From an uncultured Dorea sp. (GTDB lineage: Bacteria; Bacillota; Clostridia; Lachnospirales; Lachnospiraceae), in contig CAJTQA010000011.1 in assembly GCA_910578455.1 (NCBI GenBank), positions 302-64,301 of the forward strand: a stretch of 64,000 nt of DNA, written 5' to 3'. Position 1 is the first letter of the stretch, and every line of letters begins with the position of its first letter. Positions 48,710 to 58,746 of the stretch are shown one piece after another. A model generated the notes under the pieces. That model saw only the letters and a program-made list of their open reading frames with translations, was not told the DNA's origin and ran no database searches. The translations under genes were made by a program, and so were the position numbers.

Positions 48710-48829
48710 ATAGCCGTAGTATAATATACGCAAAGACATACGTCAACATCCCCATATCATTCATTCCCAAATGGGCGAAAAGTATTTCCATTTGGGCGAA
48801 ACGCAACCGAAAAGAAAGGATAAAATAGT

Positions 48830-49198
48830 ATGAATCATATAAAACTGCCACACCAACATGGAGAAGGGCAACAAATCGCACTAATCCAGAAACAATTGGA
48901 TCATGTAGATTATTTTCAGACCGTATCAGAAGTTTTTAAACAGCTTGGAGATACCACCAGAATCCGCATTTTCTGGCTCCTCTGTCATCAGGAGGAATGT
49001 GTCCTCAACATTTCTGCCATGTTAGATATGTCAAGCCCCGCTGTGTCCCATCACCTCCGTTCATTGAAGAACAGCGGCCTGATCGTCTGCCGCCGAGAGG
49101 GAAAGGAAGTTTACTACCGTGCCGCAGATACGGAACAGGGACGCCTGCTACATCAAATGATTGAGCAAGTTATGGAAATCACCTGCCCTGAAATGTGA
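48830..49198 (+). CDS. ArsR/SmtB-family metalloregulator
   Basis: FKQLGDTTRIRI, ECV, SPAVSHHLRSL and REGKEVYY. Confidence 0.93.
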   Translation: MNHIKLPHQHGEGQQIALIQKQLDHVDYFQTVSEVFKQLGDTTRIRIFWLLCHQEECVLNISAMLDMSSPAVSHHLRSLKNSGLIVCRREGKEVYYRAADTEQGRLLHQMIEQVMEITCPEM

Positions 49199-49208
49199 GG
49201 TCTGCCCT

Positions 49209-50117
49209 ATGAATAATGAAATAAAAAAATTATATAAAGATATAGAAAAGCTTCTTTTTAAAAACTCAGGTGAATTTATTTCTCTTTATCCCGGCATAGG
49301 GCTATCCTATCTGACATTTTCATCTGATTCTTTTTCCATACACCATAAGGCTATGTCACACATCATTCAGATTAACTACTGTAAAGCCGGACAGATTGTA
49401 TGGGAAATGAAGAATAGAAACCGTATTTATTTGAATCCGGGAGATTTTTCACTCCATACCATGAAAGCATGTGCAGATTCTATACTTAGCTTTCCAAGCG
49501 GTCAATATGTCGGGCTTACTATTTATGTTGACCTACAGGAAACTTCCAGAAATCCGCCTGAATTATTGAAAGACAGCAATATTTTTGAAACTATATTACC
49601 AGAAAAATTTTGTCATGATGATAGTCCGCTTTTTCTTGCTGGAAATGAACAGACAGAACATATTTTTTCTGCATTTTATAACCAGCTGGAAACTCTCAAA
49701 TTACCATATCAAAAAGTTAAGGTTTTGGAGTTGCTACTTTACCTTGCTAAAATTAATTTTATTCCAAAAAGTAAACTGGCTGAATATCAATCTGATCTGA
49801 TTGAAACCATCCACAAGATTCATGACCAGCTTTTACGGTGTATGGCAGAAAGAATTACCATAGAGAATCTTTCCAAACAGTATCTTATTAATCCTACCAC
49901 TTTAAAAAATGCTTTTAAGTCCGTTTATGGAACTTCACTTGCAGCGCACATCAAAGAACACCGCATGGAGCAGGCAGCAAAGATGTTAAAGGAAACCAAT
50001 ATGAGCATAGCAGAAATTGCAAGGGCAGTTGGCTACGATAGCCAGAGTAAATTCACCGCAGCCTTTAAAATATATTTTAAAATTCTTCCGAGAGAATACC
50101 GTAAAAGTATTATCTAA
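49209..50117 (+). CDS. AraC-family transcriptional regulator
   Basis: PTTLKNAFKSVYG..VGYDSQSKF..PREYR; GAGG before ATG 49209. Confidence 0.9.
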   Translation: MNNEIKKLYKDIEKLLFKNSGEFISLYPGIGLSYLTFSSDSFSIHHKAMSHIIQINYCKAGQIVWEMKNRNRIYLNPGDFSLHTMKACADSILSFPSGQYVGLTIYVDLQETSRNPPELLKDSNIFETILPEKFCHDDSPLFLAGNEQTEHIFSAFYNQLETLKLPYQKVKVLELLLYLAKINFIPKSKLAEYQSDLIETIHKIHDQLLRCMAERITIENLSKQYLINPTTLKNAFKSVYGTSLAAHIKEHRMEQAAKMLKETNMSIAEIARAVGYDSQSKFTAAFKIYFKILPREYRKSII

Positions 50118-50258
50118 TCTATTCTTTGTTAACTATGCGGCCACACCTTTAGTTTTGCCGCCGAAATTCTTCCTCCTCTACGTGATATAATGAGAAATTG
50201 TTTCAAACAATGGATAATAGAAAGTAAATTTCTGATCGAACAGTGCCCATCTTCCAGA

Positions 50259-50420
50259 TGCATCTACAAAGGTGCAGCGTAGATGGGCATAACACAGACA
50301 TCTTTTTACGCCCAGGATTCCGTTGCATCCGCAGCAGGCATCCGTATGGATGTATCCGTCATAGTCTTTCAGGAATGACTCCGGATATTTTCCGCCCCGT
50401 TCCGGCTGATACTCAAAAAT
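50259..50420 (-). mobile_element. IS66-family transposase fragment
   Basis: Reverse strand reads IFEYQPERGGKYPESFLKDYDGYIHTDA..RCLCYAHLR..FVDA, matching the IS66 TnpC D..Y and C.AH.RR.F region. Confidence 0.8.
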
Positions 50421-50460
50421 GAAAAACGCCGAAAACCTTGAGAAATCAAAGTTTTCGACG
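50421..50460 (-). terminator. Terminator downstream of tRNA-Arg
   Basis: CGTCGAAAACTTTGA..TCAAGGTTTTCGGCG followed by TTTTT. Confidence 0.65.
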
Positions 50461-50470
50461 ATATTTTCAG

Positions 50471-50544
50471 CGTCGCTAAGAGGATTCGAACCTCCGGCCT
50501 ACCGCTTAGGAGGCGGTCGCTCTATCCTGCTGAGCTATAGCGAC
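50471..50544 (-). tRNA. tRNA-Arg (anticodon CCT), CCA not encoded
   Basis: GTCGCTA acceptor stem, AGCTCAGCAGGATAGAGC D-arm, ACCGC-CTCCTAA-GCGGT anticodon arm, GGTTCGAATCC T-arm. Confidence 0.97.
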
Positions 50545-50593
50545 ATTCATGCTCATTTATTTTACCACTCAGCAGGAAAAAAATCAAGGAAAA

Positions 50594-53500
50594 TTATTGT
50601 ACTTTTACACTCTTTGTTTTAGACCATGCAGAATACACCTTAATTGACCTTCCGTTATATTTTACTGTCTTGTAAGTCCGTATTCTTACATAATACTTTT
50701 TCTTCGGCTTTAGCTTTGATATCTTCACAGATGTCTTTTTCTTGCTGGCAGTCTTTGCCTTCGTGCCGCTGCTAAAGTTTTTCTTCAAACTGTACTGGAT
50801 TTCATAGCCTGATATCTGAGACTTCTGCTTTTTCCATTTTACAGTCATCTTTTTCTTTCCCTTGGAAAGTTTTGAAATATTTGTTCCTTTCGGTCCGATT
50901 GAAAATGTCTTCTGGACAGAGCCGCTGTAATTCCCTTTAAATACTATATTAACAGCATACTGCCCGATTGCCTTTCTTCCGCCCGGGTAATAAACCATAT
51001 AGTTTGACGGCGCAATTGTCTTCCCCGCACTGTCTTTTACCGTCACAGACGGCGTTATGGCCTTTCCGCTGTACGTATAGCTTGTGCCGGAAAGGGTTAC
51101 TGTCTTCGGATATGAAATTACGGTGCGCCCATTTTCCTTTCTGCATACGGAGCATGCCGTAACAACGCTCCCGTTTCTCGATGTGGTCGCTTTATTAGTT
51201 GCAGTAACATACTTGTGTCCGGCTAAAGGAATCTCCGTCTGTTCTTTTTCAATCTCACAATTTTTACAATAAATATTTGCAATTCCCTTCTGCGTACATG
51301 TTGCTGCTTTCACGACACCGTTTGCCCAGTTGTGGCTGCCTTCTTCAAATCCTTCTGTTTCTTTATATCCGCAGGACTCACAGACTCGTTCTCTATAATC
51401 ACTCTGACAGGGAGATTGTATCGTTTTCCACTCCGAAAAATTATGCTCATGGCCATCCAGCACTTCGTAATAAAAGGAATTCTGTTTTCCTCCATATTTT
51501 ACTGTCGCAGCCCTCTGTCCTACGGTATTCGTGTCAAAACCTGTTATCGTGTAGGCTCCGGCTGCTATCTCCCTTGATTCTTTCGTATAATTCGCTGTCA
51601 CCTTAATTCCGGTACTATCTACTTTGTCTCCTTTAAAATACGACAATATATTCGGAGGAACAATTGTAAGGGATAATAATTCATTTGCTGTCTTCTTTGT
51701 CTTTATTATTATTTTATTGTCAAGTTTTTGCACATAGCTTATAAAAAGCTTATTATCTGACGATGTAAGAGAAATGCTTTGGCCTGCGCTGCCTACGTCT
51801 AATCCTTCCTGCACATAGCTGTCTTTTCCAGTGTCATACTGATAAACCTTTGTATTCCCCTCTCCTGATGTGGAAGATACAAGAACATACAAATTTCCCT
51901 GTGTTACGGATATACTTGGCTCAAATGCAGAAATGCCAGAACTATTTCCTGTCTTCCAGTTTTTCCCATCATAGGATGCCATCTTCAAATCAGAACCGCC
52001 AAGCGGAATATATATTTTCCCGTCCAACGACACCATATCATATGTATTTCCTGAAAATGATCCATTGTCTACCTCGGTAAAGTTTGAATTTCCATCATAC
52101 CTGAATACTTTGATTGTATTTCCTGTAGATGCATCCCTTACTGCCGTGTATATTTTTCCATTCATCTCACATACTTTAGGCTGACCGCATAAATTTTCAA
52201 AGAACTTCCCTATCTCTGTAAAATTATTATTTTCTATTTTTCCTAAAACGGCTCTGCTGCTTTCCTCTGCATATGTGATATATAACCCCTGTGTTGTTTC
52301 TTTAATATCGAGATCGCTGCCTACATTATTTCTTCCTGTCAATATATCTGTCCATGAACCATTTCCGCTGCATTTTTTTATATATAACTTTTGTTGATTT
52401 GTGATGTATGCAAGGTACAACTCATTTTTATATGAAAATAATTTTTTATCTGATAATCCTCCGCTGACTTGTACCTTATTTCCTAATGCTGTCCATCCAT
52501 TATTTTTATAATTGTAAAGTTGGAAATTTCCGCTCGTGAATGCTGTAGGATTATATGTAACGAGATATTGCATCCCATTACATGATGTTATTGCGGTGTT
52601 TTTATTGCCACTAAATTCGCCTGAACTACTGTCTGCAAACCCTGTGTCCTTCCACAAGTCAAAATCTGCTCCATTTGGGACAGACACATCCAGAGTCATC
52701 TGGCTGCCGTCGCTGTTTCTTTTTACATTGCTGATAACAATTCCTGAATTAGTTCCGTCTGAAAATGTCAGTGCCCCGTCTTCAAGCTTTTTATCTAAAT
52801 CTTCATGTCCTATGGATGTCCTGCCATTTTGATCTGATAACGCCGCATTCATCACAGTCAATTTCTCATTACAGGAACCATCTGCATTTGTTTCATAGCC
52901 ATTCTGCCCTTTTTGCGGACGAAATACATATATTCCGGTTTGTCCGCGATAATTGCTAAGTTCTGTAACAGTCGTATTTATACGATACACGATAACACCG
53001 GACATTTTATCGTCATACAGCGATGCGTCCAATGAGTCTTCGTTGTATTGGTTGTTGGATGTATATCTGGCTCCTGCTTTCCTGTATTCTATTACAAACA
53101 ATTCATGTTCATTAAGCGGTGACTGCAATATATATGCCTGATTTCCAGATGCTTTATCCTGCATATCCAATACAAGATTTTTCCTGCTCTCTTTGATTGT
53201 CTCAATATCCAGCCAGTTTGTAAATTTCATCCGGTTATATGCAAGGGGGTAAGACACCCTGGAACTCGCTGACGCCATGACATCCCAGATATGAACAGGA
53301 TTGTTACACGGCTCTTTTGGATCCTTCGAATCTCCCCGGTAAAGATCTGGATAACCCAGCGTATGAAGGAACTCATGAATAATAACTCCCGATTCCTGAT
53401 CCAAAACCCTATCTGTACTGAGCATATTATATGTTCCGATACTCTTATTGCTCCATTTTACGCTAGAGGATGGAAAATTACTCTTATGCGATACGAGCGT

Positions 53501-54007
53501 AGGAATATTTGTAGAAGAACTAGACGAAGGAGGCTCTCCTTTCATAATAACGGTCAGGTTATCTATAATTCCGTCTCTATCATAGTCAATTAACTGATCT
53601 GAGATGCCCGGAACCTGTTTCAATACCTGTTCAATAACCATAGAGTCCACGTTCTTTTCCTGCGCCTCTTTTTCGCTCATGGAAAGCTGACAGGATTTAA
53701 TCGCTGTTCCGTTGTCCTGCGGGAATATATTATGTATCTCAAACTTTCCATAGGAAACCGTCTTCAGATAATTTTTCATTGATCTTCCGTGTTCACCATT
53801 ATAATACTTTATAATCTTGTCACGGTTTGTTTTATTGGCAAAATAAGCTGCATCTGACGATGCATTGTTTCCGGAAAAATGTGCGAACAGCACTACATTG
53901 GCAAAATCTCTCTTCTGGATGTCAGATGCCTTTGCATATGTGCTTATATCAAAAATCCCAGCTAATAAAGATATTAATATACATGATGCAATAATCTTTT
54001 TTCTCAT
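50594..54007 (-). CDS. Secreted M6-family (immune inhibitor A-like) metalloprotease with Ig-like, Cys-rich and Fn3 domains
   Basis: Signal peptide, HEFLHTLGYPDLY, WDVMA, GFDTNTVG Ig repeat, CxxC repeats, C-terminal GYEIQYS..YYVRIRTY. Confidence 0.88.
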   Translation of the reverse strand: MRKKIIASCILISLLAGIFDISTYAKASDIQKRDFANVVLFAHFSGNNASSDAAYFANKTNRDKIIKYYNGEHGRSMKNYLKTVSYGKFEIHNIFPQDNGTAIKSCQLSMSEKEAQEKNVDSMVIEQVLKQVPGISDQLIDYDRDGIIDNLTVIMKGEPPSSSSSTNIPTLVSHKSNFPSSSVKWSNKSIGTYNMLSTDRVLDQESGVIIHEFLHTLGYPDLYRGDSKDPKEPCNNPVHIWDVMASASSRVSYPLAYNRMKFTNWLDIETIKESRKNLVLDMQDKASGNQAYILQSPLNEHELFVIEYRKAGARYTSNNQYNEDSLDASLYDDKMSGVIVYRINTTVTELSNYRGQTGIYVFRPQKGQNGYETNADGSCNEKLTVMNAALSDQNGRTSIGHEDLDKKLEDGALTFSDGTNSGIVISNVKRNSDGSQMTLDVSVPNGADFDLWKDTGFADSSSGEFSGNKNTAITSCNGMQYLVTYNPTAFTSGNFQLYNYKNNGWTALGNKVQVSGGLSDKKLFSYKNELYLAYITNQQKLYIKKCSGNGSWTDILTGRNNVGSDLDIKETTQGLYITYAEESSRAVLGKIENNNFTEIGKFFENLCGQPKVCEMNGKIYTAVRDASTGNTIKVFRYDGNSNFTEVDNGSFSGNTYDMVSLDGKIYIPLGGSDLKMASYDGKNWKTGNSSGISAFEPSISVTQGNLYVLVSSTSGEGNTKVYQYDTGKDSYVQEGLDVGSAGQSISLTSSDNKLFISYVQKLDNKIIIKTKKTANELLSLTIVPPNILSYFKGDKVDSTGIKVTANYTKESREIAAGAYTITGFDTNTVGQRAATVKYGGKQNSFYYEVLDGHEHNFSEWKTIQSPCQSDYRERVCESCGYKETEGFEEGSHNWANGVVKAATCTQKGIANIYCKNCEIEKEQTEIPLAGHKYVTATNKATTSRNGSVVTACSVCRKENGRTVISYPKTVTLSGTSYTYSGKAITPSVTVKDSAGKTIAPSNYMVYYPGGRKAIGQYAVNIVFKGNYSGSVQKTFSIGPKGTNISKLSKGKKKMTVKWKKQKSQISGYEIQYSLKKNFSSGTKAKTASKKKTSVKISKLKPKKKYYVRIRTYKTVKYNGRSIKVYSAWSKTKSVKVQ

Positions 54008-54089
54008 ATGCCCTACCCCCCCCCTCCCAAATTTAAGTATGCATATTTTCGCAAATTAAAGTTAAAATACCATTAAATTCTAACAATTT

Positions 54090-54968
54090 TCAATCAAAAT
54101 TTATTTTGCCCTGCAGCCATACATCTCCTTTAAATCGTCTCCCAGGCGCAAGTTCTCCGATAACTCTTGAACAGGGAACGCACAAATCAAACTGCAGATC
54201 ATTTACCTCCAGTTTCATGACATAAAGTTCCACTCCTGTATAGCTGTTTTCTACTGTTTCATAATCCAATATTGTTCCAAGAATTGAATATTTGTCACAT
54301 TCGATTCCATAAGGCATGATACTCGTATCGACAATACTGAGGATATCCTCTTTGACCAGCCTCTTTGACACTTTTGAATATGTATCAATGTCCTCCAGAG
54401 TAAGGCTTTCAATCGCTTCCGGATCCCCTGTCTTTGCAGCATTAACAAGCTGCATCCGATTTTTTGAATGCTGCTTCTGCGTCTTTTCCTGCGTTTCATT
54501 TTTTTGCACAGGGAGAAGTATCATTCCCTGATTGCTGAGAGCCGAAAGAGTCACGGAAGAAAAACCTACTTTGCTGTATCGGCTCCTGCCCAGCCTTTTT
54601 AAATATTCTAATTTATTCTGTACATAAAAGATGAGATTGATAGATACTTTGGAATCTTCACATATCCCGTAATATCCGGTGTCATCACTTTTTCGCTCAA
54701 TCGCGACATCATCATATGACGTGATCCCACTGCCTGAAAAGTACGGAAAATAATATTGATTTCTAAGATTAAAATCTCTTCCTATATCCCCAAACAAAGT
54801 AATCCCTATTCTCTTGCCATACTCTTTCCTGTATTCTCCATAATCTGTCACTTCATCTTCATATGTCAGCTCATGCGCGGTGAAATCCCTTTTTACCTGA
54901 TGAAGGATTTCACCCAGCTCTTCTTTTTTTTCAAAATAAAAACCAATTGCACGCAAATAACGATGCAT
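54090..54968 (-). CDS. Conserved Lachnospiraceae protein (DUF3881-like)
   Basis: MHRYLRAIGF start; PYGIECD and GRRFKG..WLQG. Confidence 0.8.
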   Translation of the reverse strand: MHRYLRAIGFYFEKKEELGEILHQVKRDFTAHELTYEDEVTDYGEYRKEYGKRIGITLFGDIGRDFNLRNQYYFPYFSGSGITSYDDVAIERKSDDTGYYGICEDSKVSINLIFYVQNKLEYLKRLGRSRYSKVGFSSVTLSALSNQGMILLPVQKNETQEKTQKQHSKNRMQLVNAAKTGDPEAIESLTLEDIDTYSKVSKRLVKEDILSIVDTSIMPYGIECDKYSILGTILDYETVENSYTGVELYVMKLEVNDLQFDLCVPCSRVIGELAPGRRFKGDVWLQGKINFD

Positions 54969-54970
54969 AA

Positions 54971-56257
54971 TTATTTCCTCTTAATCTCAGCCATTCCACC
55001 CATATAAGGACGCAGCACTTCGGGGATTCTTACGCTGCCGTCTTCCTGAAGGTTGTTCTCCAAAAATGCGATTAACATTCTCGGAGGAGCTACTACAGTA
55101 TTATTCAGCGTATGTGCAAAGTATTTATTTCCGTCTTCTCCCTTTACCCGGATTCCAAGCCTTCTTGCCTGTGCATCGCCCAGATTAGAACAGCTTCCAA
55201 CCTCAAAATACTTTTTCTGCCTTGGAGACCATGCCTCTACGTCGCAGGACTTCACTTTCAAGTCTGCCAGATCCCCGGAGCAGCACTCAAGCGTACGCAC
55301 CGGTATATCCAGCGTGCGGAACAGATCTACCGTATTTTTCCACAGCTGGTCGTACCAATACGGGCTTTCTTCCGGTTTGCACACAACAATCATTTCCTGT
55401 TTTTCAAACTGATGGATACGGTAAACGCCTCTCTCCTCAATTCCATGAGCGCCTTTTTCTTTACGGAAACATGGAGAATAGCTCGTGAGAGTCTGCGGAA
55501 GCTGATCCTCATTCAACATTGTATCAATGAATTTTCCAATCATCGAATGCTCACTTGTACCGATCAGATATAAATCTTCGCCCTCAATCTTATACATCAT
55601 GGCATCCATTTCCGCAAAGCTCATAACGCCAGTCACTACATTGCTCCGAATCATGAATGGCGGAATGCAGTATGTGAAGCCTCTGTTTATCATAAAATCA
55701 CGGGCATAAGTAATTACCGCAGAGTGAAGCCTTGCGATATCGCCCATCAGATAATAGAATCCGTTTCCCGCGACTCTTCCGGCACTTTCAAGGTCAATTC
55801 CTTTAAAGCTATCCATAATTTCCGTATGGTATGGAATATCATACTCCGGTACTGCCGGCTCTCCAAATTTCTCAATTTCCACATTTTCACTGTCATCTTT
55901 ACCGATTGGTACAGATGGATCAATGATATTTGGAATTGTCATCATGATTTTCTTGATTCTTTCTTCAACTTCTTTTTCTTCTGAAGATAGGCTTTCTACA
56001 CGGTCAGCATTGGCCTGCACCTTTTTCTTAAGCTCTTCTGCCTCTTCTTTCTTTCCCTGTGCCATACATGCGCCAATCTGCTTGGAAATCTTATTTCTTT
56101 CCGCGCGCAGCGCTTCTACTTCCTGTTTAATGTCACGGTTCTTCTGATCTAACTCCAGGACTTCATCTACAAGCGGAAGCTTTTCATCCTGAAACTTTTT
56201 CTTTATATTCTCTTTTACAGTCTCCGGGTTGTTTCTTACAAATTTCAAATCTAACAT
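54971..56257 (-). CDS. serS: Seryl-tRNA synthetase
   Basis: N-terminal coiled coil; GTSE, CFRKE, HQFEKQE, EVGSCSN and HTLN. Confidence 0.98.
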   Translation of the reverse strand: MLDLKFVRNNPETVKENIKKKFQDEKLPLVDEVLELDQKNRDIKQEVEALRAERNKISKQIGACMAQGKKEEAEELKKKVQANADRVESLSSEEKEVEERIKKIMMTIPNIIDPSVPIGKDDSENVEIEKFGEPAVPEYDIPYHTEIMDSFKGIDLESAGRVAGNGFYYLMGDIARLHSAVITYARDFMINRGFTYCIPPFMIRSNVVTGVMSFAEMDAMMYKIEGEDLYLIGTSEHSMIGKFIDTMLNEDQLPQTLTSYSPCFRKEKGAHGIEERGVYRIHQFEKQEMIVVCKPEESPYWYDQLWKNTVDLFRTLDIPVRTLECCSGDLADLKVKSCDVEAWSPRQKKYFEVGSCSNLGDAQARRLGIRVKGEDGNKYFAHTLNNTVVAPPRMLIAFLENNLQEDGSVRIPEVLRPYMGGMAEIKRK

Positions 56258-56313
56258 ATCTTTATCCTCCTATATATTATGTCGTTTCTTTTTTATATTT
56301 CTTTATATTTTTA

Positions 56314-56832
56314 TTATTGTTTTTCATACACATCCGAGAAAATTGCCTTATCAAGCGCCTCTGCCTCTTCTTCTGCAAGTTCTACATAACTTTCTGCTTT
56401 CACAATTTCTTTTACATATGTGTAACAGCCTTCCCTACTGTGCATAGCGTTCATAATCCATCCGTTATTCTGCCCGTCCAGCATTGCTATGGCAAAACTC
56501 AGCTTTCCGCCCATCTCATTAAAAGCATCATATTTGACAATTCCTATTTTTTGGAAATTTCTGTCCAGCTTTTGTTTCATATCTCTGATATCGAGCCGGT
56601 TCTGTTTTGTGACCTTTATAATTGCCTCCGCCTCCTGAAATTTTTCCATCATGCTCTCTTCAAGAGTTTTACCATCTTTCCCACGCATAAACGTCTGATA
56701 GCTGGTTTTCAGTCGATTGTATTTTACAGTTACATTAACGTACAATACGAACAATATAATAAACAGTGCCAACATGAACATAAAGATATATGCGGGATCG
56801 ATTCCCAATGCATTTAATATCCTGCTTTCCAT
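56314..56832 (-). CDS. Conserved membrane protein (DUF4446-like)
   Basis: TM, then KYDAF..GGKLSF..SREGCYTY; usual position after parB. Confidence 0.8.
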   Translation of the reverse strand: MESRILNALGIDPAYIFMFMLALFIILFVLYVNVTVKYNRLKTSYQTFMRGKDGKTLEESMMEKFQEAEAIIKVTKQNRLDIRDMKQKLDRNFQKIGIVKYDAFNEMGGKLSFAIAMLDGQNNGWIMNAMHSREGCYTYVKEIVKAESYVELAEEEAEALDKAIFSDVYEKQ

Positions 56833-56837
56833 ATAGT

Positions 56838-57764
56838 TTATTCTCCTCTTCCAAGACTCATAATCATATCAAACATACGTTCTAACTCACTATCTGAATA
56901 GTATTCTATCTCTATCTTTCCTTTACCATTTCCTTTCGCTGCTATACTTACTTTTGTTCCCATAACATCCTTCATCTTATTTGCAAGATCGTCATATATA
57001 AATTCATTCTTTATAACTTTCTTTTCTTTTGGCTGTTTTGGATTCTTAATTTCTTTTATAAGCTTTTCAACATCCCTCACGCTCAATTTTTCATCAAATA
57101 TTTTTGTTGCCAATTCATACTGCTGTTTTTCATCATCAAGCGCAAGGAGCGGACGGGCATGTCCGGTTGAAATCATATCGTCAATCACCATCTGCTGTAC
57201 TTTTTCTGAAAGTTTCAGCAAACGCATAGAATTTGTGACGGCAGTTCTGCTCTTTGATACTCTCTCAGCCACTTCATCCTGTTTAAGATGAAATTCTTCT
57301 AGAAGTCTTTTATATGCCGCAGCTTCCTCAATCGGATTAAGATTTTCTCTCTGAATATTCTCAATCAGTCCTATCTCTATTATCTCTTGCTCCGTGTATT
57401 CTTTTATTATAACCGGAATTTCTTTCAGCCCTGCCATTTTAGCGGCCCGCCATCTTCTCTCTCCCGCTATGATTTCATAATAATCTTTTCTCTTTCTGAC
57501 TATCAATGGCTGAAGAATTCCAAACTGCCTGACAGAATCAGATAATTCCATCAGAGCATCTTCTTCAAATTTTTTTCGGGGCTGCTCTCTATTTGGTTCT
57601 ACCTTATTAATATTTATCATCTGTTCTCCAGACTTAGATTCCACCTGAACATCATTATTTTTAATTGCATTCAATACCATCTCAGTCTGATTTGTCTTCA
57701 CAGGTTTATTATCAGGAATCAAACTATCCAGACCTTTACCAAGCCCTTTTTTCCTTGCAACCAT
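56838..57764 (-). CDS. parB: Chromosome partitioning protein ParB/Spo0J
   Basis: KGLGKGL, QPRK, AGERRWRA and ENIQRENL. Confidence 0.97.
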   Translation of the reverse strand: MVARKKGLGKGLDSLIPDNKPVKTNQTEMVLNAIKNNDVQVESKSGEQMININKVEPNREQPRKKFEEDALMELSDSVRQFGILQPLIVRKRKDYYEIIAGERRWRAAKMAGLKEIPVIIKEYTEQEIIEIGLIENIQRENLNPIEEAAAYKRLLEEFHLKQDEVAERVSKSRTAVTNSMRLLKLSEKVQQMVIDDMISTGHARPLLALDDEKQQYELATKIFDEKLSVRDVEKLIKEIKNPKQPKEKKVIKNEFIYDDLANKMKDVMGTKVSIAAKGNGKGKIEIEYYSDSELERMFDMIMSLGRGE

Positions 57765-57788
57765 TATTAATTTTCTCCCCTTTCACGA

Positions 57789-58550
57789 TTATACTTGTGA
57801 TATCACTTCATCTGCCAACTTCAGATAGCTCTCCGCACCCGCCGACTTCGGATCATAATGATTGATTGGCATTCCATAACTTGGAGCTTCTGCAAGCCTT
57901 ATATTTCTGGGAATAATCGTCTTATATATATTCTGCTCTAAGTTGTCTTTTACATTCTCTACAACCTGTAAGGAAAGGTTTGTCCTGGCATCATACATTG
58001 TAAAAACAACACCTTCTATTTTCAACTCATTATTTAATCTGTTCTTCACAAGCTCAACTGTATGTATAAGCTGACTCAGTCCTTCAAGAGCATAATACTC
58101 ACACTGAATTGGAACAAGAACAGAATCTGCCGCTGTCATAGCATTGATTGTAAGTATGCTTAATGACGGAGGACAATCTATAATAATAAAATCATATTTA
58201 TTCTTAATGTCGTGCAGAGCCTTTCTTAAAATATACTCTTTACCCTCTTGATCCAACAATTCGATTTCTGCACCTGACAGATCAATACTTGTAGGTATAA
58301 TATCAAGATTCTCTATAACATTTTTATTTATAACTCCTTCAATGTCAGTCTCTCCTATTATCAAATCATAAATTGTTGTTTCAACAGAGTTTTTATCCAT
58401 TCCTAACCCGCTTGTCATATTACCCTGAGGATCCATGTCAACTGAAAGAACCTTTTTTCCTCTTTCAGCCAGACAAGCAGATAAATTAATGGCAGTCGTA
58501 GTTTTGCCAACTCCACCTTTCTGGTTAGCAATTGCTATAATTCTTCCCAT
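57789..58550 (-). CDS. parA: Chromosome partitioning ATPase ParA/Soj
   Basis: NQKGGVGKTT, DPQGN, DCPPSL and LAEAPSYG. Confidence 0.97.
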   Translation of the reverse strand: MGRIIAIANQKGGVGKTTTAINLSACLAERGKKVLSVDMDPQGNMTSGLGMDKNSVETTIYDLIIGETDIEGVINKNVIENLDIIPTSIDLSGAEIELLDQEGKEYILRKALHDIKNKYDFIIIDCPPSLSILTINAMTAADSVLVPIQCEYYALEGLSQLIHTVELVKNRLNNELKIEGVVFTMYDARTNLSLQVVENVKDNLEQNIYKTIIPRNIRLAEAPSYGMPINHYDPKSAGAESYLKLADEVISQV

Positions 58551-58618
58551 TATAAATCACCTTTCTTAAACTTCATGTTCTATTAGTATAACACTTTTTT
58601 GTTTATATATCTACAAAA

Positions 58619-58634
58619 TGTTTCACGTGAAACA
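58619..58634. promoter_or_regulatory. parS site
   Basis: Perfect TGTTTCACGTGAAACA. Confidence 0.95.
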
Positions 58635-58706
58635 TTATAATTATCTTATTTTTTTATAAATCACTAATTATAACCCTTTATTCCATATCAAAAACCACAC
58701 GCCGAA

Positions 58707-58722
58707 TGTTTCACGTGAAACA
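58707..58722. promoter_or_regulatory. parS site
   Basis: Perfect TGTTTCACGTGAAACA within the 24-bp palindrome 58703..58726. Confidence 0.95.
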
Positions 58723-58746
58723 TTCGACTAATATAAAAGAGCCTCT

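Noticed and set aside
50419..50622. 67-aa plus-strand ORF
   Set aside because: It is antisense to tRNA-Arg and its terminator
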